A stretch of 64,000 nt of DNA from Ignavibacteriales bacterium (GTDB lineage Bacteria > Bacteroidota > Ignavibacteria > UBA10030): assembly GCA_016192345.1 (NCBI GenBank), contig JACPUH010000021.1, positions 58,523-122,522 of the forward strand, written 5' to 3'. Under the pieces are notes generated by a model. That model saw nothing but the letters and a program-made list of their open reading frames with translations, did not search any database and had not been told where the DNA came from. Below, in pieces: positions 20,624 to 30,995 of the stretch (positions within the stretch are counted from its first letter, which is position 1; the number at the start of each line of letters is the position of its first letter). A program made the position numbers and the translations under genes.

Positions 20624-22628
20624 TACGTTTCCTCGTAAACGCCTCCCGCAGGATCTCCTTCCGCAGCACCACTCCGTATTTCGCTTTCAGAGATTCGACC
20701 CATTCTGTCTCGCGTTGCTTGGACGCTTGCTCCTGGTAGCCTCCGGTCAGTTCGGGCAGGGCTTCTTCGAACGTCTTGATGCGGGCGCTGTCTTTGGCGA
20801 TCACCTGAATGATCGACCAGCCATCGGGATGATCAAACGGCGGAGGGATGGAATCGGGGGGAAGGATCGCCGCATAGCGTGCGACCAGGTTGGCCTCGTA
20901 CGGAACAAAATCCCACAAGCCCTGTTTCTCCTTGAAACCGGAGCGCGTCGTGTACCGCTCGGCTACCTCGCGGAAATCCTTTCCTTGTTGGAGTTCTTTG
21001 TAGGCGGCTTTGATCAGGCTGTCCGACTCCGTAAAGATCTCCAGAAATTTCACGCGGTTGGGGAAACGATAGTTTCCCTTGATCGTCTCGTAGTAAGCTC
21101 TCATCGCTGCTTCGTCATCCGGGATCTTTTTCCAAACCTCGTCCTGTTCGATGCGGTACAGCAAAATGCCGTCCCGGTATTCGTCCATGAGTTTCGCGAA
21201 CGTTGGGTGGCGATCCGGAACTTTTTCCGCGTGATGCCGGAGGATCTTCACTTCCACCATTCGCTGGACCATCTCCTCCACGTGAGAAACCGAAAGGAGG
21301 GTAGCGCTGAACTCCTGCGATGTGACGGCAAATTCCACAAAATCACCCACCGTAAACGTTTTTCCCGCGAACGCCAAAAGCATTTGTGTTTTCATGGCGG
21401 CGGAAACCTTCTCGCTCCAAGCTGAATCGGAGAAAGTCTTCGTGCTGTCGAAGGAGTGGGTTAATTGGTATAAAACGGGGACATCGAAGGTGAACTCGTA
21501 CTGTTTCTTGAGCCCATGGAGATACCCTTGATAATCGGCAGGGTACTTCATTTGCTGGTACTGTTGCCGCAACTCCTTCTCCAATTCCTGATACGTTCCA
21601 AGTCCCTTGAATTCCACCACTTTAAAAATATGATACCCGTACGATTGCCGGTACGGTTCCGTTATGGCGCCGGCCCCCATCGCATAAAATTGGTCCCCTA
21701 TTTCCTTGGGCAAGGCCTGACGGTCGTAGGTGCCGAGATCGCCCCCAAGCGGGCCGGCTCGTTGATCATCGTTGTACAAACGGGATGCCTCGGCGAAATC
21801 CATTCCATCCTTGAGCTTCCGGTGGATCGCCCAGATCGAATCCCGTACGGCAAGCGAATCCTCCCCTGTTGCGGAGAATCGTTTCAGGATATGCGAAACC
21901 CGCACCGCCCCCCGGTACGGTTGTCGGTCGGTGACCTTCATGACGTGGTAGCCGAAGTCCGTTCGAACCGGAAGTCGCGAATATTCCCCCACCTTCAAGG
22001 CGAAGCAAGCATCTTCGAACGGCGGGACCATCTGTCCCACCCCGAAATATCCAAGGTCCCCCTTGTTGAAGGAGACGCTTTGATCTTCCGAATAACTGAC
22101 GGCCAGCGTATCGAATCCAACCGTTGGTACGAGGGAAATAACTTTCATTGCTTTCTGGTAGGCCTCGAGTGTATCCGAGGGACCGGCCTCTTTCGACAGG
22201 CGGATCAGGATGTGACTGGCGCGGATCTCTTCCTTCTTTCTTTCGTACATCTCCTTGAGTCGCGGCTCCACCAGCTCCTTCTCGAGCATGTAGGAGGTAG
22301 CAACCGAGATCCTGTAACCTTCCAGCTCTTCCCGGATCGCTTCGTCGTCCAGCAATCCGCGGCTGTACGCTTCTTTCACCTTCAGCTTGAATTTGACGAG
22401 GAGATCGAGAAACCGTTCCCGTTCTTCCAGGGAGGAAGTGGAGGATTTGTCCCATCCCCCGTTGTTCTTGGCAAAGGAATCCTCAAATTCCTCCAGCGTC
22501 AAAACGTCTTCACCAATGGTCCCCAGCGGGGTACCGGATCTTGTATTGGATCCGGTCGCTGCACATCCGGTCATCCAGAGAATCAGGGCAATAAAGGGAA
22601 AGAGGAGAGAGAATCGCACTGTCATCAC
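20610..22628 (-). CDS. PpiD/SurA-like lipoprotein peptidyl-prolyl isomerase with two PpiC domains
   Basis: 672 aa. Lipobox [11 protein letters not shown]. Two PpiC signatures: SHILIRL...[23 protein letters not shown]...FGYHVMKV and SHILKRF...[23 protein letters not shown]...YGYHIFKV. Confidence 0.8.
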
Positions 22629-22910
22629 ATTACCTCAAAATTCTTCATGAAAAGGCGGAAAAGTTGTGTGAAAGCGTTCAAAAGTAACCATTTTTGGCTC
22701 GGCACGCAAGAGAATAAGCTCCCCCATGAGCGAGGAAGATTGCAGTAGCTCTGTGTGAATGAAAAGACAACTGAGGAGTTTGCTAGAGGAATGAGGGAGA
22801 GACCCTCATGCGGTTTTGTTCTTTACTCGGGACGTGATACAAATTGACGGCTCTTAACCTGAACCTCAAGAATCATGGTTGACCGCTTCCTTCCGATCCG
22901 ACTTCCTCTT

Positions 22911-23804
22911 CTAGGGGCTGGTCTTCACAATTTCTTTTTTTCTTTTCAGCACCTGATTCGCGCGCCAACTCGAAACGTCGTACCATTGCGGGGAGAGAGA
23001 GGATCGAACCATATAGTTACCCCCCTCCTTCACATGGTAAAAGACCAGTTGAGTTCCGACGAAGGAAATCATGGCGCTCACGCGCGGCAGGGAAGCAGGA
23101 GGCGTGTCGATAAAATCGTCCCCCTGGAAACCGGCAAGCGACGAGAGGATCCCTTCCACCACTGAACCCTGGGCCGGGTCGTTCCCGACAAACCAGAGAC
23201 TGTCCCTGAACTCCAGGGTAAATGTAGTGTCCCCAAATTGGTAGGTCAGTTGTTTGATGGTCTCCTTCGGGATGGAAACAATCGAACGGTCTCGCCATTC
23301 CTTGACTGAATGTGTGAAAACATAGTTCATCATATTACTCACCAACACAACATCGTTGGATGTCTTTTTCCGGGCATACGTTTCGGAAAAGGTCGGTCCC
23401 GTTTTGCCGAGAATGAAAGAGGCCGTTTCGTTCTCCCCCTCGTACAACGTCACCTGCGTTCCGGTGGAATCGACTTGGAAGAGCGATTGCTTTTCCGGAT
23501 TGCCCGAGACGACGCCTTTCACCTCAAGACTTTTGACCTGGTGAAGAAGCTGAGCGACGTTCGCCTGGTCGGCACGGAAGGAAAGGGGATTCCGAAGGTA
23601 CCACTCCACCCCCTGCTTCTCAAGAACGACGTCGAGTGTGGGAGACTGAAGGTGAATCTTGTCGACGGCAAGTGAATCGATCGTGGCGAGAAATTCACCG
23701 GTCGATGCGGAGGAGCTTTGCTCCCCCGGCTTCTGCAGGAGGAAAAACGCTACGAGGATCAGGACGACCAGAACTCCTGCAAGAAGAAGTGTTGTGCGAT
23801 TCAT
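22911..23804 (-). CDS. DUF4340-domain protein (typically co-encoded with GldG)
   Basis: 297 aa with an N-terminal TM anchor MNRTTLLLAGVLVVLILVAFFLL. It sits immediately downstream of the GldG-like gene, which is the usual gldA-gldF-gldG-DUF4340 layout. Confidence 0.55.
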   Translation of the reverse strand: MNRTTLLLAGVLVVLILVAFFLLQKPGEQSSSASTGEFLATIDSLAVDKIHLQSPTLDVVLEKQGVEWYLRNPLSFRADQANVAQLLHQVKSLEVKGVVSGNPEKQSLFQVDSTGTQVTLYEGENETASFILGKTGPTFSETYARKKTSNDVVLVSNMMNYVFTHSVKEWRDRSIVSIPKETIKQLTYQFGDTTFTLEFRDSLWFVGNDPAQGSVVEGILSSLAGFQGDDFIDTPPASLPRVSAMISFVGTQLVFYHVKEGGNYMVRSSLSPQWYDVSSWRANQVLKRKKEIVKTSP

Positions 23805-23816
23805 AATCGTTTGGCT

Positions 23817-25361
23817 TCAGGATTGTGTTTCCATCATGCGTTTGAACACCACCCGTCGGCGCCACCGAAACAAGCCGTAGAGAACAATCAAGAGTGGCGG
23901 ACCGGCGAGGTTTGCATACTTGAGAAATTGCTTAGTACCATCCGACACTTGTTCCAGCGGTGGGGTCGCGACGTTTTTTGATCGAATCGTGATCAACCCC
24001 GCATCATCCGCAAGATAATCCACAATATTGACAAAGAGCGTCATGTTCGCCCTATTCCCCAGATATTCATCCTTCATAAAATCACCGTCACCGAAGACAA
24101 GGATGCGGGTTTCCGGACTTTGCGCGATGGGGCTCACGGGTTGCTTCTCTGCAAAGAAACTCCTGAACGATCCGTGCACCAGGGCTGCGAGCGGGACGTG
24201 TTGCTCTGCCATGTCGGCGGGGGTGTAACGCTGGAACGGGTCGATCATGAAAAATCCGGTCTGACGACCACTCTGTTTCGAAGAACGCAACAACACCTCC
24301 ACCTGCAATCCTTTGGTTGCCGCAAGACTTGTATCAACAGAGCTCGTGAAGGGGAGAACAACGGCCTGGAGATCCTTGACGATCGGATTGTCCTCGCTGA
24401 AGTTTGAAATGATGGGTATGTACGGGAACGGGACCTGGCTTTGAAACGTGAATCCGCCCTGTTGTTGCATCACGGAAATGTTGGCGCACTGTGCATCCCT
24501 GATGAGATCGGGATTGACCCGAATGCCATAGTGTTCCAGCAAGTCATCGAGACCCAGTTCAACGGTCGATCCGAACCGGGCTTGTAAATTGGCGTTGACG
24601 CGGTTCAGCAGGAAGGCGATTTTCCCCCCTCGCATCAGGTGCTGGTCGATATTAAATTTCGCCGTGTCGGAAAATCGCATCGCGGGGGAGATCACGAGAA
24701 GCGCCGCAAGGTCGTCCGGGACGGGTTCCATGCGCGTGAGGTCGACCGGAACGAGATCGTATTGCTGGCTCAGGGTCTGTTGAACCTGCCGAAGACTTCC
24801 GGGTTCCGCTTCCTGATGTCCCGTGGAATACCCTACTTTCTTTTTCGAGCGCGAGGTCAAGCGTTTCAAGGCGCTGCTGATGTCGTATTCCAGTGATCCA
24901 AGGTTCTGAATGACGGGAAGGACTTCTTTCCGATCCTCGTAGAGCATGACAAGCCCGAGATACCCGCGCTTGATTTCAAACTTGTCCTCCTTCACCACCT
25001 GGACCTGGACCGGCGCGATCCCCTGCTGTTGCGCCTCTTCTTCCCCTTTCTCCCCTTCGGGGTTAATGAAATCGAAGTGTAGATTCCCGCCGGCATAGGC
25101 TTTATAATCGTTCAGGATATCCAGCACGGCACGCCGGTTGTTGTTGTACGGGGCGGGGAGATCCTCCGTGAAATAGGCTTTGACCGTGACCCTGTCGTCC
25201 AGGGTCCCGACAAGGCTCTTGCTCGCGTCCGAGAGCGTGTAGACGTTCTGATGAGTAAGGTCGAGACGTCCAAACAGACGGACGGAGATCACGTTCACCG
25301 CCACGAGGATGGCGAGAATCAACAGCGTTCGAATAAGGGCCTGGGTTTTCTTGGCTTTCAT
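23817..25361 (-). CDS. GldG-like auxiliary component of an ABC-2 transporter (PF09822)
   Basis: 514 aa. N-terminal TM, a large periplasmic domain (DLTHQNVYTLSDASKSL...VKAYFTEDLP...DYKAYAGGNLHFDFINP) and a C-terminal TM helix. Confidence 0.7.
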   Translation of the reverse strand: MKAKKTQALIRTLLILAILVAVNVISVRLFGRLDLTHQNVYTLSDASKSLVGTLDDRVTVKAYFTEDLPAPYNNNRRAVLDILNDYKAYAGGNLHFDFINPEGEKGEEEAQQQGIAPVQVQVVKEDKFEIKRGYLGLVMLYEDRKEVLPVIQNLGSLEYDISSALKRLTSRSKKKVGYSTGHQEAEPGSLRQVQQTLSQQYDLVPVDLTRMEPVPDDLAALLVISPAMRFSDTAKFNIDQHLMRGGKIAFLLNRVNANLQARFGSTVELGLDDLLEHYGIRVNPDLIRDAQCANISVMQQQGGFTFQSQVPFPYIPIISNFSEDNPIVKDLQAVVLPFTSSVDTSLAATKGLQVEVLLRSSKQSGRQTGFFMIDPFQRYTPADMAEQHVPLAALVHGSFRSFFAEKQPVSPIAQSPETRILVFGDGDFMKDEYLGNRANMTLFVNIVDYLADDAGLITIRSKNVATPPLEQVSDGTKQFLKYANLAGPPLLIVLYGLFRWRRRVVFKRMMETQS

Positions 25362-25410
25362 ATCTTCATACTTTCATACTTCGATATTTTCCTGACATGA
25401 AATACGCCCA

Positions 25411-26136
25411 TTACCATTTTCTCCGTTCGAGCGAAAGAACGGAGAGGTACAGGGTGAATCCGAGGAGTGAGAGAAAATAGAGGACATCCCGCGAGTCAAC
25501 AACGCCCCGCGCAATGTTGGAGAAATGATAGTCGACACTCAGGAACTCGATGATGCTTGTCAAGCCTTCGGGCACGTAGAGAAGCACCTTGTCGAGCATG
25601 AAGAACAGAAACACAAAGACAAATCCGACGATGAACGCGATCACCTGGTTATCTGTGAGGCTCGAGGCCAGCACACCAATAGCAACATAGACCCCGGCCA
25701 TCAACAGCAACCCGAAATATCCTCCGACGACCGGCCCGTTGTCGATATCCCCGAGCGTGGCGATCGTAAAATAATAGACCAGCGTCAGCAACAGGGTGAC
25801 GCCGATCAGCGCCCACGCAGCGAGGAATTTGCCGAGCACAATCTCGACGTCGATCAGCGGCTTCGTCGTGAGAAGTTCAATCGTTCCCGATTTTTTCTCC
25901 TCGGACAACAGCCTCATGGTAATAGCCGGCACGATGAAGAGGAAAACGATCGGGACCAGCTCGAACATCAGCCGGAGCGATGCGGTGTTCGCGAGGAAGA
26001 GGGCGTTGGCGTGAAACCAACCCACAATCGCGAGAAACACAACGATAACCACATACGCTACGGCCGAGTTGAAATACGACCGCAATTCCTTCTGAACGAT
26101 CGTCCCGATGTTCGTCATACTTTTTCTGAAATCCAT
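25411..26136 (-). CDS. ABC-2 family transporter permease (GldF-like)
   Basis: 241 aa polytopic membrane protein lying between the ABC ATPase and the GldG-like gene. Confidence 0.7.
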   Translation of the reverse strand: MDFRKSMTNIGTIVQKELRSYFNSAVAYVVIVVFLAIVGWFHANALFLANTASLRLMFELVPIVFLFIVPAITMRLLSEEKKSGTIELLTTKPLIDVEIVLGKFLAAWALIGVTLLLTLVYYFTIATLGDIDNGPVVGGYFGLLLMAGVYVAIGVLASSLTDNQVIAFIVGFVFVFLFFMLDKVLLYVPEGLTSIIEFLSVDYHFSNIARGVVDSRDVLYFLSLLGFTLYLSVLSLERRKW

Positions 26137-26203
26137 GGGCGTATCCTTACGTTATCGTCCGGCTTCTGTCCCATCCCCCTCATCCCTTCTTCACCAGCAT
26201 CGA

Positions 26204-27148
26204 TCATACTTTTGTGAGTTTGTGAAACACCTCTTCGAGGCTTGTCGCTTTCCGTGTGAGTTCGAGCAGCACCCAGCGCTCCTGCACCGCTTGCCGGAAG
26301 ACCTCCTCCCGGATATCGCTTCCTTTTGCCGCAAACAGGGAAAACCGGTGAGCCCCGTTCTCGTCTCCTCCATACTCCACTGACTCGACGTTCGACAAGG
26401 CTTGGAGTTTTGGGAAGATGTCGACCATCGGATTTGCGACTTGTGTTTTGAGCTCGATCACGATCAACTCCGAGCCGCGGAACTCCTGTTGAAGCTGCCC
26501 CGGCGTACCGTCCGCCACAATCGCCCCTTCATTCACGATGACGACACGGTCACACGTCGCCTGCACTTCCGACAGGATGTGCGTGGAGAGAACGACCGTT
26601 TTCGCCCTGCCGAGTTGCCGGATGAGGTTGCGGATCTCGACGATCTGGTTCGGATCGAGCCCGCTCGTCGGCTCATCGAGGATCAATACTTCGGGGTCAT
26701 GGATCATCGCCTGGGCAAGGCCCACACGTTGCTTGTACCCTTTGGATAATTCACCGATGTCCTTGTGGCGGACATCCTTCAATCCGCATACCTCGATCAT
26801 CGAGGCAAGTTGTCGTTTCAGTGTGGCTTTGTCAATTCCGTGCAGGCGGGCGGCATACTCAAGGTACTCCACAACATTCATATCGAGGTAGAGCGGGTTG
26901 AGCTCCGGCAGGTACCCGATTTTCCTCCGCACCTCAAGCGAGTGGTCGGCAATATTGTAGCCATCCACATCCACCGTCCCTGCGGAGGGGGGCATGTAGC
27001 AGGTGATGATCTTCATCGTCGTTGTTTTTCCGGCCCCGTTGGGACCGAGAAAACCGACGATTTCTCCCGTTTTCACATCAAAGGAGATATTGTCGATAGC
27101 TTTTTCCTGCCCGTAATACTTGGTCAGGTTACGAACCGTGATGGCCAT
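26204..27148 (-). CDS. ABC transporter ATP-binding protein (GldA-like)
   Basis: Walker A GFLGPNGAGKTTTMKIITCY, ABC signature LSKGYKQRVGLAQAM and Walker B LILDEPTSGLD. Confidence 0.9.
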   Translation of the reverse strand: MAITVRNLTKYYGQEKAIDNISFDVKTGEIVGFLGPNGAGKTTTMKIITCYMPPSAGTVDVDGYNIADHSLEVRRKIGYLPELNPLYLDMNVVEYLEYAARLHGIDKATLKRQLASMIEVCGLKDVRHKDIGELSKGYKQRVGLAQAMIHDPEVLILDEPTSGLDPNQIVEIRNLIRQLGRAKTVVLSTHILSEVQATCDRVVIVNEGAIVADGTPGQLQQEFRGSELIVIELKTQVANPMVDIFPKLQALSNVESVEYGGDENGAHRFSLFAAKGSDIREEVFRQAVQERWVLLELTRKATSLEEVFHKLTKV

Positions 27149-27304
27149 GCGTGTTTCTTGATCATAGTGACTGTGTAGACTTCAACGGGAACTGTTGCAG
27201 CCGCGCCTTCCCAAAAGGGCCGTGTGATTTTAAAGAAAAAGAAAAAAAATGTCAAGGGCTTTATGGATTTTAGTGCAAACGCGATCTCACCATTCATCGG
27301 CTTT

Positions 27305-28366
27305 TTAGAAAAGGCTGAATTGGCCGCGGGGCATGCGCCGGAAATGCTCTGTGGTCAGCCGCAGCTTTCTCCGGTTCAAACCGTAGTGCCTGCACTGCAG
27401 TTCGAACAGTCGTTCGATGGCTTCGGCAATTGGCCCTTCGCCGGTCATGCGTTTCCCGAATTCCGAGTTTGTCATTTTCCCATCTCGCACGCTACGGATA
27501 CGGTTGAGGATTTTCGCGGCAGAGTCCGGCAGCTCCCGCTCCACCCATTCCACAAACAGGTCCTTCACGGCGAAGGGAAGACGGACGATCGTGTGACCAG
27601 CGGTGGTGGCACCGCGAGCCGCTGCTTCCTTCAGAATTGCGGGGATCTCGGCATCTGTCAACCCCGGAATCAAAGGCGCAACGTTGACACCGACGGGAAT
27701 CCCGTTCCGGGCCAGGGTCTCTATTGTTTCAAGCCTTTTGACGGGCGTCGAGGTTCTGGGTTCCATTTTTCGGATCAGATCGGCGTTCAAAGATGTCACA
27801 GAGATCACGACGACAACCAGGTTGAAAACTGAGAGTTCCCTGAGAATATCGATATCGCGCCGCACCAGGGCATTTTTCGTGATGATGGCAAGAGGATTCC
27901 GGAACCGGGAGAAGACTTCAAGGCACTGGCGGGTAATTGTCAGCTTCCGTTCGACGGGCTGGTAGCAATCGGTATTGCCGGAAAGCACAACAACTTCCGG
28001 CTTCCAGGTTGGTGCGTTAAATTGCTCTTCGAGGAGCCTCGCCGCGTCCGTCTTGACCAGGATCCTGGTCTCAAAGTCAAGACCGGAGGAGAAGCCAAGG
28101 TATTCGTGCGAAGGACGGGCGTAGCAATAAATACATCCATGCTCGCAACCGCGGTACGGATTCAGACTGTAGGTGAACCCGATATCGGGACTGTCGTTGC
28201 TGGCGAGGATCGATTTGGTATGATCGAAATAATACCTGGTAAGAACCTTCCGGTCGGGATCGGGGTCTTCAAAGTAGCGGGCGAGATCCTCCGGGGGCGG
28301 GCCCACGTGGAGTTCTTCGAACCGGTTGGGGGGATTGAATCCGGCAGCACGCCCTTTCACTTCCAT
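27305..28366 (-). CDS. radical SAM protein of the SplB/DNA-photolyase-like family (COG1533)
   Basis: 353 aa. Cluster-binding motif YRGCEHGCIYCYARP (CxxxCxxC), with a family-typical N-terminus and the helical C-terminal half. Confidence 0.7.
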   Translation of the reverse strand: MEVKGRAAGFNPPNRFEELHVGPPPEDLARYFEDPDPDRKVLTRYYFDHTKSILASNDSPDIGFTYSLNPYRGCEHGCIYCYARPSHEYLGFSSGLDFETRILVKTDAARLLEEQFNAPTWKPEVVVLSGNTDCYQPVERKLTITRQCLEVFSRFRNPLAIITKNALVRRDIDILRELSVFNLVVVVISVTSLNADLIRKMEPRTSTPVKRLETIETLARNGIPVGVNVAPLIPGLTDAEIPAILKEAAARGATTAGHTIVRLPFAVKDLFVEWVERELPDSAAKILNRIRSVRDGKMTNSEFGKRMTGEGPIAEAIERLFELQCRHYGLNRRKLRLTTEHFRRMPRGQFSLF

Positions 28367-28518
28367 GAGGAATTTGATCCATATCGGTTTAACAGGTTGA
28401 AGAGCCGCGGCTTTATTTATCCACGAAGGTCACCAAGGGCACAAAAAAAAATTTGTCGAAAAGAGAACCTTCTTCGTGATATTTCGTGGACTTCGTGGAT
28501 CGTTTCTTTCCCCGCCAG

Positions 28519-29754
28519 CTAGAATGGAATATCGGTCTTCGTCACCCCGGCCTCCGCCTGTTGGCGGGCGATGAAGCTCCGGATTTCTTCCTTTATATCC
28601 TCAGCGGTCCGCGCGTCGTCCTTCAGGAAGTACTCCGACCATTTGGTGCCATAACGGACGTGGTTGATCTCATCCGACCAGTCGGCATCGGCAAAGATCA
28701 TCGAGCGGCCATCCCCCTCCTGTTGATATTTGAGAAACCGGGGGCTCTTGCGCTTCATAAAGAAGACCTCGAGATCACGCGTCAGATAGACAAGCCGGTG
28801 GAGGAACGGCCAGTTTTGGGATTGATCAAAGAAGAAAGTATCCGCGCGACTCGGTTCCTCCCCCAATTCCTTCAGGCGTATGGCGCCGAACTGCGAATGG
28901 CGCAATTCATCCCAGCAATGGTGGGCCATGTCATAGTGGAATTCCCACGGGCAGCCTGCATCCCAGGAATCCACGATCACGCTGGCGAGCAATCCGACCG
29001 CCCACAGTTCGTTGAAGAAAACGGCGAACTGTTCCTTCACGCTCTGCTCGTGCGGCATGGACTCGCGCTCCTCGTACTTCGCCAGGGGTTTTCGCGCAAT
29101 CCGGGAATCGAATTTCAATTCGGCGGATCTGCGAACCATATGGGCATGCGGCCGCTCTTTCGCCGGCATCATGGAAACGGGGAACGTACCATGGATCCCC
29201 CCGGCCCGGGAAAGCAGGTATTCCAGATAGAGCTGCCAGGGAGCCGCGACATTGCCGCCCGTGGGACATCGTTCGAGAATTTCTTCACTCCACCGGAGAT
29301 GTTTCTCCAGATCGGGGATCATACGTTGGAGAATTCTGATCTCCCCCGCATTTGCGGCGGGGTCCGCCATGCGAACATGTTCCCGGTACGCACGCAGCAA
29401 CGCGCGTTTCACTCCGCCGTACAAACCGGCAACGAGTTCGGTCACATCGCGGGCATGCAGGGCCTCGTCGAGCGCGAACTTGAGTGCCGGGGCAATATCG
29501 GCTTCGGCATGGCCGCCGCGCAACTCATGCAATCGTTCGCGCATCCACTGGACATGCTCCGCGTGGTCCCACAGGTGATATCCGAGAACGTATTTATCCT
29601 CATAGGCCGGAGCTTCCAACAACCACGCCGCACAGATGCGCATGCATTGTTGTTCCACAAAAATGGAGCGGCGCAAGAGTGCAGCGGATTCGGTCACGCT
29701 CAACCCTTGATACGATCGTTCGGTCAGCGGGACGGTTGATGAGATGGTTTCCAT
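28519..29754 (-). CDS. hypothetical protein, possible ferritin-like di-iron carboxylate protein
   Basis: Track ORF starts at a GTG at 29814. I prefer the internal ATG (METISSTVPL) because AGGA sits 6 nt upstream. Two ExxH-type pairs are present (WDHAEHVQW ; HHCWDELRHSQF). No family was recognised with confidence. Confidence 0.4.
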   Translation of the reverse strand: METISSTVPLTERSYQGLSVTESAALLRRSIFVEQQCMRICAAWLLEAPAYEDKYVLGYHLWDHAEHVQWMRERLHELRGGHAEADIAPALKFALDEALHARDVTELVAGLYGGVKRALLRAYREHVRMADPAANAGEIRILQRMIPDLEKHLRWSEEILERCPTGGNVAAPWQLYLEYLLSRAGGIHGTFPVSMMPAKERPHAHMVRRSAELKFDSRIARKPLAKYEERESMPHEQSVKEQFAVFFNELWAVGLLASVIVDSWDAGCPWEFHYDMAHHCWDELRHSQFGAIRLKELGEEPSRADTFFFDQSQNWPFLHRLVYLTRDLEVFFMKRKSPRFLKYQQEGDGRSMIFADADWSDEINHVRYGTKWSEYFLKDDARTAEDIKEEIRSFIARQQAEAGVTKTDIPF

Positions 29755-29885
29755 GGATATCCTGAACAATGTACCGTTCGTGAATGAGGAAGAGTGTGAA
29801 TCAACATACCTCACTCCGGGAGGAGTTACAACGAAAAAAATCCTCGACTACTTTTCACTAAGAAAACGTGAAACGAAGAAGTGCT

Positions 29886-30941
29886 TCATCCCCATCGTCC
29901 CGGAATCTTCGTCCCACACTTAAAGCAACCCCCTTGCTGCAGTTTGTTGTTCACGACATGAAACCCGTTCCTTTCAATGACCGTGGCGCCGCAGCCGCGA
30001 CAAAAGGTGTTTTCATACTTTCCCACCTCTCCGGGTCGATTCCCCGCATACACATATCGCAATCCGGACCGATATCCGATCTCCGCGGCGCGTATCAACG
30101 TCTTCACCGGCGTCGGGTCGGGGTCGGTCATCTTATAGTCCTGATGGAAGGCGGTGACGTGCCACGGGATATCCGGTGAAACGGACTTGATAAAGTTCGC
30201 GATGTCGGTCAATTCTTCGTTCGAATCGTTGAAGCCCGGGATGGTGAGCGTGACGATCTCCACCCAGGTTCCCATCCCATGCAGCGTCTTGATCGTATCG
30301 AGCACGTTCTGGAGCACACCGCCAAGCTGCTGATACTCTTTCTGGCGGAACCCTTTCAGGTCCACTTTATACAGATCTACCCACGGCTTAATATATTCCA
30401 AAACCTCCGGCGTTCCATTGCCGTTCGAGACGTACGACGTGACCAGGCCAACGCTCTTCGCGAGCTTGAAGATCTCAACAGCCCATTCGCTGGTGATAAG
30501 GGGCTCGTTGTACGTGCTGGTGACGATGCGCGCCTTCGATCGCAACGCGGTATCAATGAATTGTTCAGGGGTGAAGAACTGTGGGGGGGAGATCGCTTCC
30601 GGATCGCGCAGGGCCTGGGAGGTCACCCAGTTCTGGCAATAGGGGCAGTGGTAATCACATCCCAACATCCCGAAGCTGAGCGCCTGGGAGCCGGGGTAGG
30701 CGTGGAAGAAGGGTTTTTTTTCGACGGGATCGAGGGCAACTCCGGCAGCATAACCCCACGGAACGAAGAGTTTTCCCCCCCGGTTAAACCGAACTCGACA
30801 GATGCCGTCCTTTCCCGGTCCGATCTTGCAGCGATGTCCGCACGCATAGCACCGGACCCAGTCATCGGGCATCGGTTCATACAACAGGCCTTCCCTGGTA
30901 TTCCCCGCAAGCAACTCCTTTAAGGTTCTCTCCTCCGCCAT
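29886..30941 (-). CDS. radical SAM enzyme, PflA-like / AmmeMemoRadiSam-type
   Basis: 351 aa. The N-terminal Cys-rich extension VRCYACGHRCKIGPGKDGICRVR, followed by GCDYHCPYCQNW (CxxxCxxC), fits the AmmeMemoRadiSam-system radical SAM signature. I cannot confirm the specific family, and no AMMECR1 or Memo partner is adjacent. Confidence 0.65.
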   Translation of the reverse strand: MAEERTLKELLAGNTREGLLYEPMPDDWVRCYACGHRCKIGPGKDGICRVRFNRGGKLFVPWGYAAGVALDPVEKKPFFHAYPGSQALSFGMLGCDYHCPYCQNWVTSQALRDPEAISPPQFFTPEQFIDTALRSKARIVTSTYNEPLITSEWAVEIFKLAKSVGLVTSYVSNGNGTPEVLEYIKPWVDLYKVDLKGFRQKEYQQLGGVLQNVLDTIKTLHGMGTWVEIVTLTIPGFNDSNEELTDIANFIKSVSPDIPWHVTAFHQDYKMTDPDPTPVKTLIRAAEIGYRSGLRYVYAGNRPGEVGKYENTFCRGCGATVIERNGFHVVNNKLQQGGCFKCGTKIPGRWG

Positions 30942-30995
30942 GCAATCACCTCGGGTACAAAGTACTTTGATTGGGGACTGATGTCAAGCGCGCGA

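Noticed and set aside
20367-22748. Two long plus-strand ORFs (352 and 410 aa)
   Set aside because: They are antisense to the PpiC-domain lipoprotein gene, whose parvulin motifs are unambiguous on the minus strand.
28519-30941. A complete AmmeMemoRadiSam three-gene system
   Set aside because: Only the radical SAM member is recognisable. The adjacent 412-aa protein has neither AMMECR1 nor Memo (extradiol-dioxygenase-like) motifs, so the canonical system is not present.
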